IMG/VR virus record: IMGVR_UViG_3300025154_000064
Span: 24,975-88,974 of that record
DNA length: 64,000 nt
Direction: 5' to 3' (one strand)
From: a virus
Position numbers and translations under genes: made by a program. Below, piece after piece: positions 28,336 to 38,336 of the stretch (positions are counted from its first letter, which is position 1; each line of letters starts with the position of its first letter). The notes below the pieces were generated by a model. The model ran no database searches. It was not told the origin of the DNA and worked only from the letters and a program-made list of their open reading frames with translations.

Positions 28336-29156
28336 AGGAGAAAGCTTGCAGTAAGTGCGGAAGTGTTAAGGCACTGGATGAATTCAATAAGCATAAAGGC
28401 AGAAAAGATGGATATAATACTTGGTGCATGGTGTGTGAAAAGGAGTATAAAAACGCATATTACAAAGACAATAAAGTAGCCATATCATCTAAGGTCAAAG
28501 CGTATGTTGAATTTAATAAAGAGAAGGTGTCTACACGTAAAAAAGCATACTATAAAAAAAATAAGGATCAAATAGCCTTAAGAGATAAGGAATACCGCGA
28601 AAAGAATAAGGAGAGAATAACTTCCAGGCTAAAGGCATGGTACGAAAAGAACAAAAAGTATGCATCTGAGCAAGCGAAGATATATCGAGAGAACAATAAA
28701 GAGAAGGTGAGCACATGGACCAAGTTGTGGAGAGAGAATAACCATGAAAAAGTTAAAAGTTATACAAAGAAATGTAATGCTAAAATAAGGTCAACCCCAA
28801 AAGGAAAACTTAACAACAATATATCTCGTGGCATCAGTCGATCTCTCAATGGTGCCAAGTCTGGCCGCCACTGGGAAGATTTGGTCGGATATACTATTGA
28901 CCAACTCAAACGCCACCTTGAGAAACAATTTGATGAACACATGACCTGGGAAAATTACGGCTCATACTGGCATCTCGAACATATCATACCAGTCTCAGCT
29001 TTCAATTTCCAAAGTCCTGAAGACCGAGATTTTAAACGCTGCTGGGCGCTAAAGAATCTGAGACCTCTTGAGAAAATAGAGAACATCAAGAAGTCGAATA
29101 AGCTTGAAAAACATTTTCAACCATCACTTGTATTTAAGGTGAAGAATGCAGCCTGA
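28329..29156 (+). CDS. HNH homing endonuclease
   Basis: CSKC..CMVC, Lys-rich repeats, WHLEHIIP...NLRPL..ENIKKSN; AT-rich compared with neighbours. Confidence 0.85.
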   Translation: MVEEKACSKCGSVKALDEFNKHKGRKDGYNTWCMVCEKEYKNAYYKDNKVAISSKVKAYVEFNKEKVSTRKKAYYKKNKDQIALRDKEYREKNKERITSRLKAWYEKNKKYASEQAKIYRENNKEKVSTWTKLWRENNHEKVKSYTKKCNAKIRSTPKGKLNNNISRGISRSLNGAKSGRHWEDLVGYTIDQLKRHLEKQFDEHMTWENYGSYWHLEHIIPVSAFNFQSPEDRDFKRCWALKNLRPLEKIENIKKSNKLEKHFQPSLVFKVKNAA

Positions 29157-30888
29157 GCTAAGACCATACCAGATCGAAGCGCTCAACGCTTTAGGTGAAG
29201 CCATCAAGACGAAAGACAGGCTTCTGCTGATCGCCGCGACAGGTGCAGGCAAGACTGCAATGATATGCCGCTTCATCCAGAAGTTTTATTTCGAATATCC
29301 GGACCGGAACTTCCTTGTCGTGTCTCATAAACAGTTAATAATTGAGCAGTTCATTGCTGCATTCAAGAAGTTCACTGAAATAAAAAGTTCAGATATAGGC
29401 GTTTGTTGCTCCGGCATGGGACGCCGTGAGCTTAAATCAAGAATCGTCCTTGCTACGATCCAGACCATTGTCAATTGCCTTGGGGACTACGCAGGAGCGA
29501 GCTTAGTTGTGGTCGATGAAACGCACAGGGTTTCGGTAGGGTTGGATTCTCAGTATAACCAGCTTCTAAACACGCTTGAAGAGTATGTTCCTGGCCACAA
29601 AACCATAGGTGTTACCGGCACAGGTTTTAGGCTCGGCCACGGTGAGATTTTTGGTTCAAGATGTAAAGCCGATAGAGTTAATTTCTTCCCGGAAGTTACG
29701 CATAGGGTGCTTTATTCAACCTTAAGGGATTCAGGGTACCTCATGCCGCTCAAGGGTTATATCGCCGACGGCAATGCAGCCAAGGACCTCTCTTCGGTAC
29801 CGCTTGTAGCCGGCGAATACAATATGTCAGATGCCGGGAAGGTCATGAGCAAGTATGTCAATGCTGCCGTTGACGCATTGGAACTGTATGGAGCTGAGCA
29901 TAAGCATGTTTGCATATTTTGCTGTGTCATAAAGCACGTTGAAGAAATAGTTGAGGCCTTCAGGTCAAGGGGTCACTCGATAGTGCCGATCCACTCAAAG
30001 CTTTCAAAGACAGAGCGTGAAAATAATTTGAGGTCGTGGCAATCAGGCGAAGTCCGAATCGCTGCGAGCGTGAATGTATTGACAGAGGCATTCGACTACC
30101 CAGCGCTATCATGCATAGTCTTTTGCAGACCTTCGAAGAGCAGCACCGTGTGGCTGCAAGCCATAGGGCGTATCCTTAGAATGCATCCTGACAAGAAGGA
30201 AAGCCTGCTGATCGACCTTACAGGCAATGCTATGTACTTCGGCCTGGATTTAGACTCACCCAAGGTAATTATCCCTTATGGCTCTGGAAACTCTGAAGCC
30301 CCAACGAAAATATGCCCCTTCGTATATCCAGACGGCCGGATCTGTGGCGAAAGGGTCCACACTGCAACACGGTTCTGCCCGAGCTGCGAATTTGAGTGGA
30401 CCGTGGAGGAAGTGGAGGCAGTGCTTCCTGAACTAAAAAAAGTTTCCTTCGGCGCACCAGTAGAGGCGCCGCTCTGGCACAAAGTTTCTTATATGTCGAT
30501 CAGCATCCACCAGAATCAGGAAACCGGAAAGCGCCTGCTTCGCCTGCAATTCGAATGCCCTGGCGAGAATGTCTACGCTAAAAATATCTTTGTTTCCGAT
30601 TGGTTATGTTTCAAGTGCCACTATAGCGGTTTTGCTGTCGAAAAAGGCAAAGAGAAATGGAACATGTTCAGCTACAGGGATTACCCTGAGGATGTCGATA
30701 CCGCTGAATGGTACGCGAAAGAATCTTTCGCCACACCGAAACAGGTGCTCTTAAAGAAAGACGGCAAGTGGCATCGGATACTGGACTACAAGTTCGAGGA
30801 AGAGGAAGAATCGCTGCATATGGATACCGCTTTCGCTAATCCGTTTGACAAAGATCAACTATACACAGGTGAGGACTTGCCGTTTTGA
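29146..30888 (+). CDS. Superfamily 2 DNA helicase (RadD/YejH-like)
   Basis: LRPYQ, ATGAGKT, DETH, QAIGRILR, C-terminal Zn finger. Confidence 0.92.
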   Translation: MQPELRPYQIEALNALGEAIKTKDRLLLIAATGAGKTAMICRFIQKFYFEYPDRNFLVVSHKQLIIEQFIAAFKKFTEIKSSDIGVCCSGMGRRELKSRIVLATIQTIVNCLGDYAGASLVVVDETHRVSVGLDSQYNQLLNTLEEYVPGHKTIGVTGTGFRLGHGEIFGSRCKADRVNFFPEVTHRVLYSTLRDSGYLMPLKGYIADGNAAKDLSSVPLVAGEYNMSDAGKVMSKYVNAAVDALELYGAEHKHVCIFCCVIKHVEEIVEAFRSRGHSIVPIHSKLSKTERENNLRSWQSGEVRIAASVNVLTEAFDYPALSCIVFCRPSKSSTVWLQAIGRILRMHPDKKESLLIDLTGNAMYFGLDLDSPKVIIPYGSGNSEAPTKICPFVYPDGRICGERVHTATRFCPSCEFEWTVEEVEAVLPELKKVSFGAPVEAPLWHKVSYMSISIHQNQETGKRLLRLQFECPGENVYAKNIFVSDWLCFKCHYSGFAVEKGKEKWNMFSYRDYPEDVDTAEWYAKESFATPKQVLLKKDGKWHRILDYKFEEEEESLHMDTAFANPFDKDQLYTGEDLPF

Positions 30889-31103
30889 AACCATGCCCAA
30901 AAATAATAGACGGTATCTGCACCATTCATCGATTACCGAACCCGCCGGAAGCTGTGTGCCGGAAGTGCCAGCACCGGCCGGTTGTGGTGTGCGACAAATG
31001 GATTTTCGACGATGAATGGTGCCGGTTCCTGGACGCTGATGGGTGCGTGCATTTTCATGCCCGCACTGAGTGCGCAAGCTGTTTGATGAAAGAGGAGGAT
31101 TAA
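30885..31103 (+). CDS. Small Cys-rich protein
   Basis: Overlapping start/stop with the helicase; 8 Cys. Confidence 0.45.
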   Translation: MKPCPKIIDGICTIHRLPNPPEAVCRKCQHRPVVVCDKWIFDDEWCRFLDADGCVHFHARTECASCLMKEED

Positions 31104-31343
31104 GGATGAACTGGCCTGAAGCGGTTGTGATGGTGGCGTTTTTTGCAATGCTGGCGATTGCGTTTTGGAGGCTTTTGAAATGAAAATAGAACGTTGCGGG
31201 GATTGTGAGCATATTAAGCTGTTGCCTTCGTCAGGACTCTTCGGTGGACAATGGGTGTGCGGCAAGACTGGACAGCCTGTCAACCCGGGAAGGTTCATCG
31301 TGTGCGAGTTAAAATATCAAACATACGCGACATCGGAAGCAAA

Positions 31344-33608
31344 ATGAACTTCTCGGACATCCAGCACCTTATAGAAGCCGGCCTGCATATCTTCCCTTGC
31401 GCCACCGACAAGTCACCCTTGTGCCGCTGGAAAGACCAATATTCTTGGTCACCAACAGAGACTTTCGCCGCGGTTGGAATGGCCACCGGTTCGCTATCCG
31501 GCAATGTGGAGGTGATAGACGTCGACAATCCGAACTTGTTCGAGTCTCTTCCAAAGGTCAATGCCGTGGTGGCCCGTACAGTTTCAGGCGGCTACCACCT
31601 GATCTACCGATGCGAGGCGCCTGAACCCAACCAAAAGCTGGCTATGTCATACCAGCGCGTTGCCGGCTACGGCGAGTACGGTTTTGATTGGCGGCCCGGG
31701 AAACTTTACAAGGCCAAGGAATACGGCGACGGCTGGTATATTTCGACTGCCAGCGTCGAGACCCGTGGGGTTGGTGGCTACATCCTTATATCGCCATCGC
31801 CGGGCTACGAATTATTGAAAGGCTCACTGACCGATATCCCTGTGCTCACCACCGAGCAACGCGATAAACTCTTTTTCCACTGCCGATCGCTGGGTGAACA
31901 TCCGCCGACACCCAAAGTGATATCACGCAAGCCATCTGCAGGTGCCACCGGCACCCGCCCGGGTGATGCCTTCAACTGTCAAGTAACGCTTGACGATTTG
32001 ACCTGCTTGCTTACCAAGCATGGCTGGACAGTCACCGGCGACCAAGGGCAAAATAGGCACTTCGCACGTCCCGGGAAGGTAACCGGCACTAGCGCGACAC
32101 TGGGCGGATCAGCGGATTGTCCATTGTTCTATGTGTTCACGTCGTCAACCGAGTTCGAGGCTGAGAAGGCCTACACCCCGTTCCAGGTGCTGGCCAAGCT
32201 TGAACACGGCGACGACTATTCCGCCGCGGCGTTGAGCCTGGCCAAGTTCGGGTATGGTGAAGCTGAGCGAGACCCTACCATTGAACTGATCACGCACGAA
32301 GAAGCCTGCGCCATGCCAGGCATCGGAACACCGCTGAACGATATCCCGGCAGGGTCCCTTATCGATCTTGGCATGGCTGGCCTCGTAAGTGCCGGCGCTG
32401 TCAACATTCAGCAATTGCTCTATCCGATAGTGATCAGCCACATTGCCAGAGCATCGAACGGGTACATCTGCTGCGAGCACGTTCACCCGTCATTCTCATT
32501 CATCAAGGTGGCAGGTACGAGCGTTGGGAAGAGCAAGAGTAACCAGATAATGCAGGCTGTTGTCCGCCCGGCTTTCGAAGAGACGGTAATAAAAACCATA
32601 GGCAAGCGGGAATGTGAAGTCAACGTCAACATTTTTTATGGACCTGACGAAGTGGCATCCGGCCAGGCGATGTTAAAAGCTTTAGCCGACCGGCCAAAGG
32701 CGTTGTTCGTTTTTGATGAAATAACCGGGTTATTCTCTGGGACCGGCGGCAAACAAGATCCAATGTCTGCAGACAAAAAGAAGGTCCTTCTGCAGCTAAG
32801 CACCCATGGGGGGAGCGTTTATGAAAAGAAATACGCTGACGACCAGAAGGACGTCGTTATAGATGGACTTCTCTTTAATATGCTTGGGAACGCGACACCG
32901 GTTATTTTCGACCACTTCAATAATGAAGATATAGATACCGGAACTATACAAAGGCTGGATTTTTCTGTGTACGACGGGAAGATTCCACGAAGGTCGACTA
33001 CACAGCTCAGTAATGCGACCCTTGAAGTTTTCTCAGAGCGATTGAAAGCGATAATGGATGTATCGCCGGCTTGCATTGGTAACCTTTTAGGTGCCTCTGA
33101 CGTTGGTCTTGATGACGCGGCCAAAAAATTTATGAACGATCTGTCAGACAAAATCACAGACGAACAGAACTCTATTTTTGATGATGGAGAAATAGGTCTT
33201 ATAGGCCGAGCCTATAACACAACACTTAAATACGGAATTATCCACGCCGTGGCGACAAAAGATGTGTCTGAAATGTTCATATCGCCATTAAACATTGATG
33301 ACGTCAAATACGGCTATGGCGTTGCATCAGCCTTTCTCAGTTGGCAACGAAAAGTCCTTTTAAAAAAAATTCCTGCCGGCGAGTTTGCTGCCAACTGCGA
33401 TGCTTTTATGGAAGCTGTGATCTCTGCTCAAAAGATGAAAGGCCAGCTGCCTACCGGTAAGCTGGTGGCATCAAGAAAGAGGAGGATCAAGAACTTAAAA
33501 CCGAACGAGTGGGATCTGGTAGTGAAAGTCCTGAAAGCGAGGGGTGAATTAGTGACCGAAGAAGTTAAAAACAAGACGATTTATCGAGCAGTAAGGGGGG
33601 TTGAATGA
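31344..33608 (+). CDS. Bifunctional primase-polymerase with C-terminal P-loop domain
   Basis: IFPC..K.P, VIDVD, RTVSGGYHLIY, ETRGVGGY; C-terminal AGTSVGKS and FDE. Confidence 0.88.
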   Translation: MNFSDIQHLIEAGLHIFPCATDKSPLCRWKDQYSWSPTETFAAVGMATGSLSGNVEVIDVDNPNLFESLPKVNAVVARTVSGGYHLIYRCEAPEPNQKLAMSYQRVAGYGEYGFDWRPGKLYKAKEYGDGWYISTASVETRGVGGYILISPSPGYELLKGSLTDIPVLTTEQRDKLFFHCRSLGEHPPTPKVISRKPSAGATGTRPGDAFNCQVTLDDLTCLLTKHGWTVTGDQGQNRHFARPGKVTGTSATLGGSADCPLFYVFTSSTEFEAEKAYTPFQVLAKLEHGDDYSAAALSLAKFGYGEAERDPTIELITHEEACAMPGIGTPLNDIPAGSLIDLGMAGLVSAGAVNIQQLLYPIVISHIARASNGYICCEHVHPSFSFIKVAGTSVGKSKSNQIMQAVVRPAFEETVIKTIGKRECEVNVNIFYGPDEVASGQAMLKALADRPKALFVFDEITGLFSGTGGKQDPMSADKKKVLLQLSTHGGSVYEKKYADDQKDVVIDGLLFNMLGNATPVIFDHFNNEDIDTGTIQRLDFSVYDGKIPRRSTTQLSNATLEVFSERLKAIMDVSPACIGNLLGASDVGLDDAAKKFMNDLSDKITDEQNSIFDDGEIGLIGRAYNTTLKYGIIHAVATKDVSEMFISPLNIDDVKYGYGVASAFLSWQRKVLLKKIPAGEFAANCDAFMEAVISAQKMKGQLPTGKLVASRKRRIKNLKPNEWDLVVKVLKARGELVTEEVKNKTIYRAVRGVE

Positions 33609-34003
33609 GCGAGGTTGTAAGGTCTGAGCATCTTGAACAGAGGGATTTTTTTGATTTCCTTCGAAAGCTTGAATTCGGAAATCCGGACATCCGGTTCGTG
33701 TATGCGGTCCCGAATGGTGGTCTTCGAAACATCCGGGTGGCCAAGCAGTTGAAGGACGAAGGGGTTAAGCCCGGGGTACCAGATATCTGCTGGCCGTGCC
33801 CGATGGGAGAGTTTCACGGGTTATATATCGAGATGAAGCGGACAAAGCTGGGGAAGGTTTCGGCCGATCAGCGCGTTTGGATAGATTGGCTGAAGAAGAA
33901 GGGATACTACGTTAAGGTCTGCAAGGGGTTTGAGGAAGCGAAGAGCGTTTTTTTAAATTACATGAAAATGGGTGAATTCAATGACAAAAGAAGAGCTGCG
34001 TAA
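33605..34003 (+). CDS. VRR-NUC domain nuclease
   Basis: YAVPNGG..EGVKPGVPD..LYIEMK..Q..W. Confidence 0.9.
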   Translation: MSEVVRSEHLEQRDFFDFLRKLEFGNPDIRFVYAVPNGGLRNIRVAKQLKDEGVKPGVPDICWPCPMGEFHGLYIEMKRTKLGKVSADQRVWIDWLKKKGYYVKVCKGFEEAKSVFLNYMKMGEFNDKRRAA

Positions 34004-34328
34004 GATTTTCGAGACAGAAGAAACGGCAGAAATAACATGGCAAGGTGCGTGCCACGATTGCGGATGCGATATTGAGGTCGTAACCAATATGGCAATCGAC
34101 GGCGCTCTCACTGTTACCGGTGGTGCCATTTATGGAGACAAGGATGGCGTACACCATATGAAATGTGAGGCCTGCTTCGAAAAGGATAGTACGCTTCATA
34201 ATTTTCGTGAGTGTGAGGTTTTTGTTCGGTGTGTAGGGTATCTTCGGCCGGTAAAGGATATGAACCCTGGGAAGCAGGCCGAGGTCGCAAACCGGAAAAA
34301 GTTTGATACGGGGGAATATCTTTCATGA
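33972..34328 (+). CDS. Stand-alone NrdD C-terminal-like glycyl-radical domain with Zn ribbon
   Basis: CHDC..CEAC..ECEVFVRCVGYLRPVKDMNPGKQAEVANRKKF. Confidence 0.75.
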   Translation: MNSMTKEELRKIFETEETAEITWQGACHDCGCDIEVVTNMAIDGALTVTGGAIYGDKDGVHHMKCEACFEKDSTLHNFRECEVFVRCVGYLRPVKDMNPGKQAEVANRKKFDTGEYLS

Positions 34329-34606
34329 CTATCATGCAACACGTCAGCAAGTGGATGGCGAAGAAGTTTTTAAATGCGACGCACTGTCGGCTCGGTGCCC
34401 GTGTTGGGAATCAGCTTTTCTCAGAAGCTGACATGCTGTTATCGCCGCTGGCAATGAGCGCATTCAAAGCGATAGGAACCGATCCTGATCACGAATACAG
34501 CATAGGTAGCGTCGAAAATGATAACTGGGAACCGGTAGAGGAGCGGGAAGGCATAGCCGTCGGGACCATCGTTATCCTTCCGGAAGGGGCCAGTCATGAC
34601 AATTGA
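34325..34606 (+). CDS. Hypothetical protein
   Basis: Coupled ATGA overlap in operon. Confidence 0.55.
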   Translation: MTIMQHVSKWMAKKFLNATHCRLGARVGNQLFSEADMLLSPLAMSAFKAIGTDPDHEYSIGSVENDNWEPVEEREGIAVGTIVILPEGASHDN

Positions 34607-34940
34607 CTATAACTTTTTGAGCATGCGCCACAATAAGGAATACGGAACAGAATACCAAGACGGAAAGGCCATGGTAGCCGACCTTTACGCCAAACTCGGC
34701 AGCGCCTATGGGGTCGCTGATAGGCTCATAATCAACCACAAGTCTGTTTATAATTTCATGAAAAAGCATGGAATGAAGACGCAGCCAAGGGGGAGGGAGC
34801 GCTTCACAGACAAGAAGGATATAATCCTTGAAACGCTCAGGATAACACCGAACATGCCAAGGCAAGAAATTGCAGCGCTGGCAGGATCATCGGTTTCATT
34901 GGTTAAATATTATGTCAACAGAAGGAGAAAAAAAGCATGA
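34596..34940 (+). CDS. Putative double-HTH DNA-binding protein
   Basis: SAYGVADRLIINHKSVYNFM and PRQEIAALAGSSVSLV. Confidence 0.6.
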   Translation: MTIDYNFLSMRHNKEYGTEYQDGKAMVADLYAKLGSAYGVADRLIINHKSVYNFMKKHGMKTQPRGRERFTDKKDIILETLRITPNMPRQEIAALAGSSVSLVKYYVNRRRKKA

Positions 34941-35281
34941 ACGTTAAAATCTATCTCACAATTGGTTTGGGGTACATCATCGGCGATGTCGTTTCCGAAG
35001 ATGAAGATTATATCGATATACAGTACGCAGGAAAGGTTGGCGCCACAGCTCAGGGTGTGATGATCGCAGAGCCGATTCCGCCATGGTTTAATAACGCGGA
35101 AGAGTTGATAAGAGAATTCAAGATTCCTACGGATATTATAATCTTTGAAGGCTATGCGCATCCGGATCTTGCAAGCGCTTATGAGCAGTATGCTCAGAAG
35201 TTCAAAGCTAAATCAGCCGGCCTGGTGATTGCGAAAGCCAGCGACATTCCAAACAACGTAACGCCATTTCAGAGGAGATAA
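34937..35281 (+). CDS. Hypothetical protein
   Basis: RBS AAGGAG; coupled overlap. Confidence 0.6.
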   Translation: MNVKIYLTIGLGYIIGDVVSEDEDYIDIQYAGKVGATAQGVMIAEPIPPWFNNAEELIREFKIPTDIIIFEGYAHPDLASAYEQYAQKFKAKSAGLVIAKASDIPNNVTPFQRR

Positions 35282-35284
35282 TCA

Positions 35285-35548
35285 ATGTCAAACAGAGGAA
35301 ATCAGTGGGTGGAATTTTCCAAAGAGGTCCTATGCCACATCGATGACTATACCGTTCCGCAGTACGGCGATATGCCGGACGATCAGGTTGAAGAGTTCAC
35401 GCTGGCCGATTTCAAAACCAATTTGAAGAAATACATGAACCGCATAGGCAGCAACGCACGCGGGAACGATGAGGCAGTCAGGGACGCATTCAAGATCGCG
35501 CATTACGCATGCATAATGTGTGCGCTGCTCAGGAAAGAGGTTGAATAG
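35285..35548 (+). CDS. Hypothetical protein
   Basis: YTVPQYGD..KY..R..DAFKIAHY; RBS AGGAG. Confidence 0.6.
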   Translation: MSNRGNQWVEFSKEVLCHIDDYTVPQYGDMPDDQVEEFTLADFKTNLKKYMNRIGSNARGNDEAVRDAFKIAHYACIMCALLRKEVE

Positions 35549-35550
35549 CC

Positions 35551-36168
35551 ATGAAAACAAGAAGTTTAATAGCCTCTGACATGGATGGGGTCCTGGTAGA
35601 TACCGTCGGACACCTTAAGAAAGTCGGCGCTGAGCATGGGTACCGAATAGAATATTCGGATCATTATTCGCTGGACATATATAAAGACGGCGAAAAAGTT
35701 GACTACTGGGATCCGGATGTCACAGACCTCTTCAACGAGACCTTCGACAGGTACGATGAGATAGAGATATTCCCTGGCGCCGAAGAGTTCATCCATAAGA
35801 TGTATGAATTGACAGGCCAGCCGTTTTTGATCGTAACCGCAAGGCCTATCAGCCATGCCACCGAGACGCACAAGCTCATTAAACGATTCGCAAAGAAAAC
35901 CCCGTATGTCGTGGCGTTTGCGGACGGGTGCGACAAACACCGGTACCTGAGTGGGTATAAGTTTTTCATTGAGGATCGGCGCCGGACAGCCATAGACCTC
36001 GTCAACATGGGGAAAATAGTTTTCCTTATCGACACTGTCTATAACCAACCTACGGAAGAGATGACCTCAAACAAGATTCTCATGGAGGAAATAATCCGGA
36101 TCGATAGCCTGGAAGATCTTATCCCAAAGGCAAAATATTATTCGTCTCACGCGGGAGGAACCTTTTGA
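35551..36168 (+). CDS. HAD-family 5'(3')-deoxyribonucleotidase-like protein
   Basis: SDMDGVL, IVTAR, K..FFIEDR, YN motifs. Confidence 0.85.
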   Translation: MKTRSLIASDMDGVLVDTVGHLKKVGAEHGYRIEYSDHYSLDIYKDGEKVDYWDPDVTDLFNETFDRYDEIEIFPGAEEFIHKMYELTGQPFLIVTARPISHATETHKLIKRFAKKTPYVVAFADGCDKHRYLSGYKFFIEDRRRTAIDLVNMGKIVFLIDTVYNQPTEEMTSNKILMEEIIRIDSLEDLIPKAKYYSSHAGGTF

Positions 36169-36384
36169 ATGGACCTTATCGAAGAGGCTGATAAACTGAT
36201 CGAAGAGATGACTGCTTTAGCCATCAGTAAGGCCAAGGAAGCGTTGTTAGCAACCGGCACGGTGAAGTGTGAGGATTGTGGTTGCACCATACCAATAAAG
36301 AGACGAAAGGCGATCCCGAGCTGCACAAGGTGTATTGATTGCCAAATAGATTACGACGAGGTGAACCATGGAAAAAAAATATGA
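36169..36384 (+). CDS. TraR/DksA C4 zinc-finger protein
   Basis: MDLIEEA..CEDCGCTIPIKRRKAIPSCTRCIDCQ. Confidence 0.9.
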   Translation: MDLIEEADKLIEEMTALAISKAKEALLATGTVKCEDCGCTIPIKRRKAIPSCTRCIDCQIDYDEVNHGKKI

Positions 36385-36787
36385 AGACATTGTTTTTCTT
36401 GCGCTGTGCGTTTGGCGGGAAGCCAGAGGGGAAAAAGAGATGGCGCAAGTCGGGGTGGCACAATGCATAATGAATCGTGTCAAGCGGCCTGGGTGGTGGG
36501 GGAATGACGTCAAGTCGGTCATCTTCAAAAAGTGGCAGTTTTCGTCCCTCACGGATCCGAAAGATCGACAACTGACCGTGTGGCCGGAAAAAGATACGTT
36601 AGATTGGATTCGTGCGGTTCACGTAGCCGAAGATGTCGTTGAGGGACGGGTCCTAAACCCGGTCTTAGGCGCCGACAGCTACCACGATATCAGTATCCCG
36701 GCACCGAAGTGGACAAAAACGGCAAGGTATGTTACGCAGCTCGGACGGATAAAGTTCTATGATGTTGACCATGACTATGAGGTATAA
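36368..36787 (+). CDS. SleB-like cell wall hydrolase
   Basis: LALCVWREARGE..VAQCIMNR..WQFSS..GADSYH. Confidence 0.9.
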   Translation: MEKKYEDIVFLALCVWREARGEKEMAQVGVAQCIMNRVKRPGWWGNDVKSVIFKKWQFSSLTDPKDRQLTVWPEKDTLDWIRAVHVAEDVVEGRVLNPVLGADSYHDISIPAPKWTKTARYVTQLGRIKFYDVDHDYEV

Positions 36788-36789
36788 TA

Positions 36790-37356
36790 ATGCAGAAGGT
36801 TTTATGGCTGGACACTGAGACGACAGGCGTTGACCCGGTAAAGAATTCCATAATTCAAATTGCCGGCATTGTCGAAGTTGACGAAGTCGCTATCGACAGA
36901 TTTTCGATTTTCATGCAGCCATTCCCTGGCGCAGAGATAGAGCCTGAAGCTCTGGTGGTGAGCGGCACAACGCTGGAAAAACTCGAAACATACAAAAGCT
37001 TCGCTCTTGGTATGGACAGATTCAAGTGTAAACTCGAAGAGAACATCGACAAGTTCAGCAAGACCGACAAGTTCATTCTCGCCGGGTACAATATCGGTTA
37101 TGATGCTGGATTTCTGAGGCAGGCTTTTTTGCATGTGGGTGACAACTTCTTCGGAAGCTGGTTTTTTAGCTGTAACCTTGATGTCATGACCTATGTGGCA
37201 GAGGATGTTAAGCGAGGGGCCCGATATGAAAGTCACAGCCTTGGCTCGGTGTGTGCTGTGAACGGGGTTTGTCTTGAGTGTGCGCATGATGCGCTGGCGG
37301 ATATCGCCGCTACCCGGGAACTTTATTATTCAATGAGGTTAAAGCTGGGAATGTGA
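36790..37356 (+). CDS. DEDDh 3'-5' exonuclease (DnaQ-like)
   Basis: LDTETTG, GYNIGYD, HDALADI. Confidence 0.92.
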   Translation: MQKVLWLDTETTGVDPVKNSIIQIAGIVEVDEVAIDRFSIFMQPFPGAEIEPEALVVSGTTLEKLETYKSFALGMDRFKCKLEENIDKFSKTDKFILAGYNIGYDAGFLRQAFLHVGDNFFGSWFFSCNLDVMTYVAEDVKRGARYESHSLGSVCAVNGVCLECAHDALADIAATRELYYSMRLKLGM

Positions 37357-37362
37357 AATGTG

Positions 37363-37395
37363 ACCCCTTACGGCGACATGGTCGCCGTAAGGGGT
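37363..37395. terminator. 15-bp hairpin where the two large operons converge
   Basis: ACCCCTTACGGCGAC-atg-GTCGCCGTAAGGGGT. Confidence 0.75.
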
Positions 37396-37399
37396 TGGC

Positions 37400-37708
37400 T
37401 TAACCAAAAATCTTCTTAGAAAGATGGTGAATGTCAGCCCACGCTAAAATATCTTCAGGCATTGCTGCTCTTGTAATTGGATGCTCAAAATACCACCCAA
37501 GATATCTTGGACTACAGTTTCCAATAAAATCCATTACATCCGCTGCAAGGCGTTGCACCAATCCGGTCTTTACGAACCTGTCAAAAATAATTTTATCGTG
37601 CTGCTCTTTCGTTATATTCCAAAGCTTTTCCATACTCTGGGTGTGCGCATTTTTCATTTTGCGCTCAAGGTATTCACTGTAAGTATTATAGCCAAAATAT
37701 CGTTCCAT
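37400..37708 (-). CDS. Hypothetical protein
   Basis: ATG with RBS AAGGTGGAG; last gene of the leftward operon. Confidence 0.55.
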   Translation of the reverse strand: MERYFGYNTYSEYLERKMKNAHTQSMEKLWNITKEQHDKIIFDRFVKTGLVQRLAADVMDFIGNCSPRYLGWYFEHPITRAAMPEDILAWADIHHLSKKIFG

Positions 37709-37709
37709 T

Positions 37710-38336
37710 TCACTCCACCTTCCAAACATCTATTCCGTTATGGTTGGTTACAACAAGCTGGTGTTTTGTGACAAGAGATACCAATCTGTTGGTAAGCCCG
37801 CGAAGATTACGTAAGCTGGGGCTTCCTGGCCTAATGCTTCTTAAAATATCAACGATCGGAATAACGCTTTTCGGAACAGGTGGGTGCTTGACCTGATATT
37901 CAATCGCCTGGGCAAACATCAGACCAGCACCGAACACCCATATTGGATTATCAGGCTCATCGATCATGGCTGCCATATCAACGTGCTCTTCGATCTCGGC
38001 ACGCTCTTCATCCGGGCACCACTGCATTAAAAGATCATCCACAAACCAATCATCTGCTGTTCGCTTCGGCCAAGTTAATATCTGGACCAGAGTGTCCGGG
38101 GTCCCTTTGGCAAAATAAGCAGACGAAAAAAGAGGATGAACCGTTTCGGCGAGGTAGGCGTGGCCGAGTTCGTGAAGATACTCGATGTCGCGCCATTCAG
38201 CGTCAGGCGGCGGGACATAAATTGTGTGTGTCTTCTCGACTGGGTTAGAGGTTATTTCCATGTGGCGAGTCTCATGTTGGATTGTTGAGACTCGCCACTT
38301 TAGGGACGATTGTATCTTTTGGATTAGAGATATCAC
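37710..38336 (-). CDS. HExxH zinc-metalloprotease-like protein
   Basis: YLHELGHAYL...ADDWFVD. Confidence 0.65.
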   Translation of the reverse strand: MISLIQKIQSSLKWRVSTIQHETRHMEITSNPVEKTHTIYVPPPDAEWRDIEYLHELGHAYLAETVHPLFSSAYFAKGTPDTLVQILTWPKRTADDWFVDDLLMQWCPDEERAEIEEHVDMAAMIDEPDNPIWVFGAGLMFAQAIEYQVKHPPVPKSVIPIVDILRSIRPGSPSLRNLRGLTNRLVSLVTKHQLVVTNHNGIDVWKVE

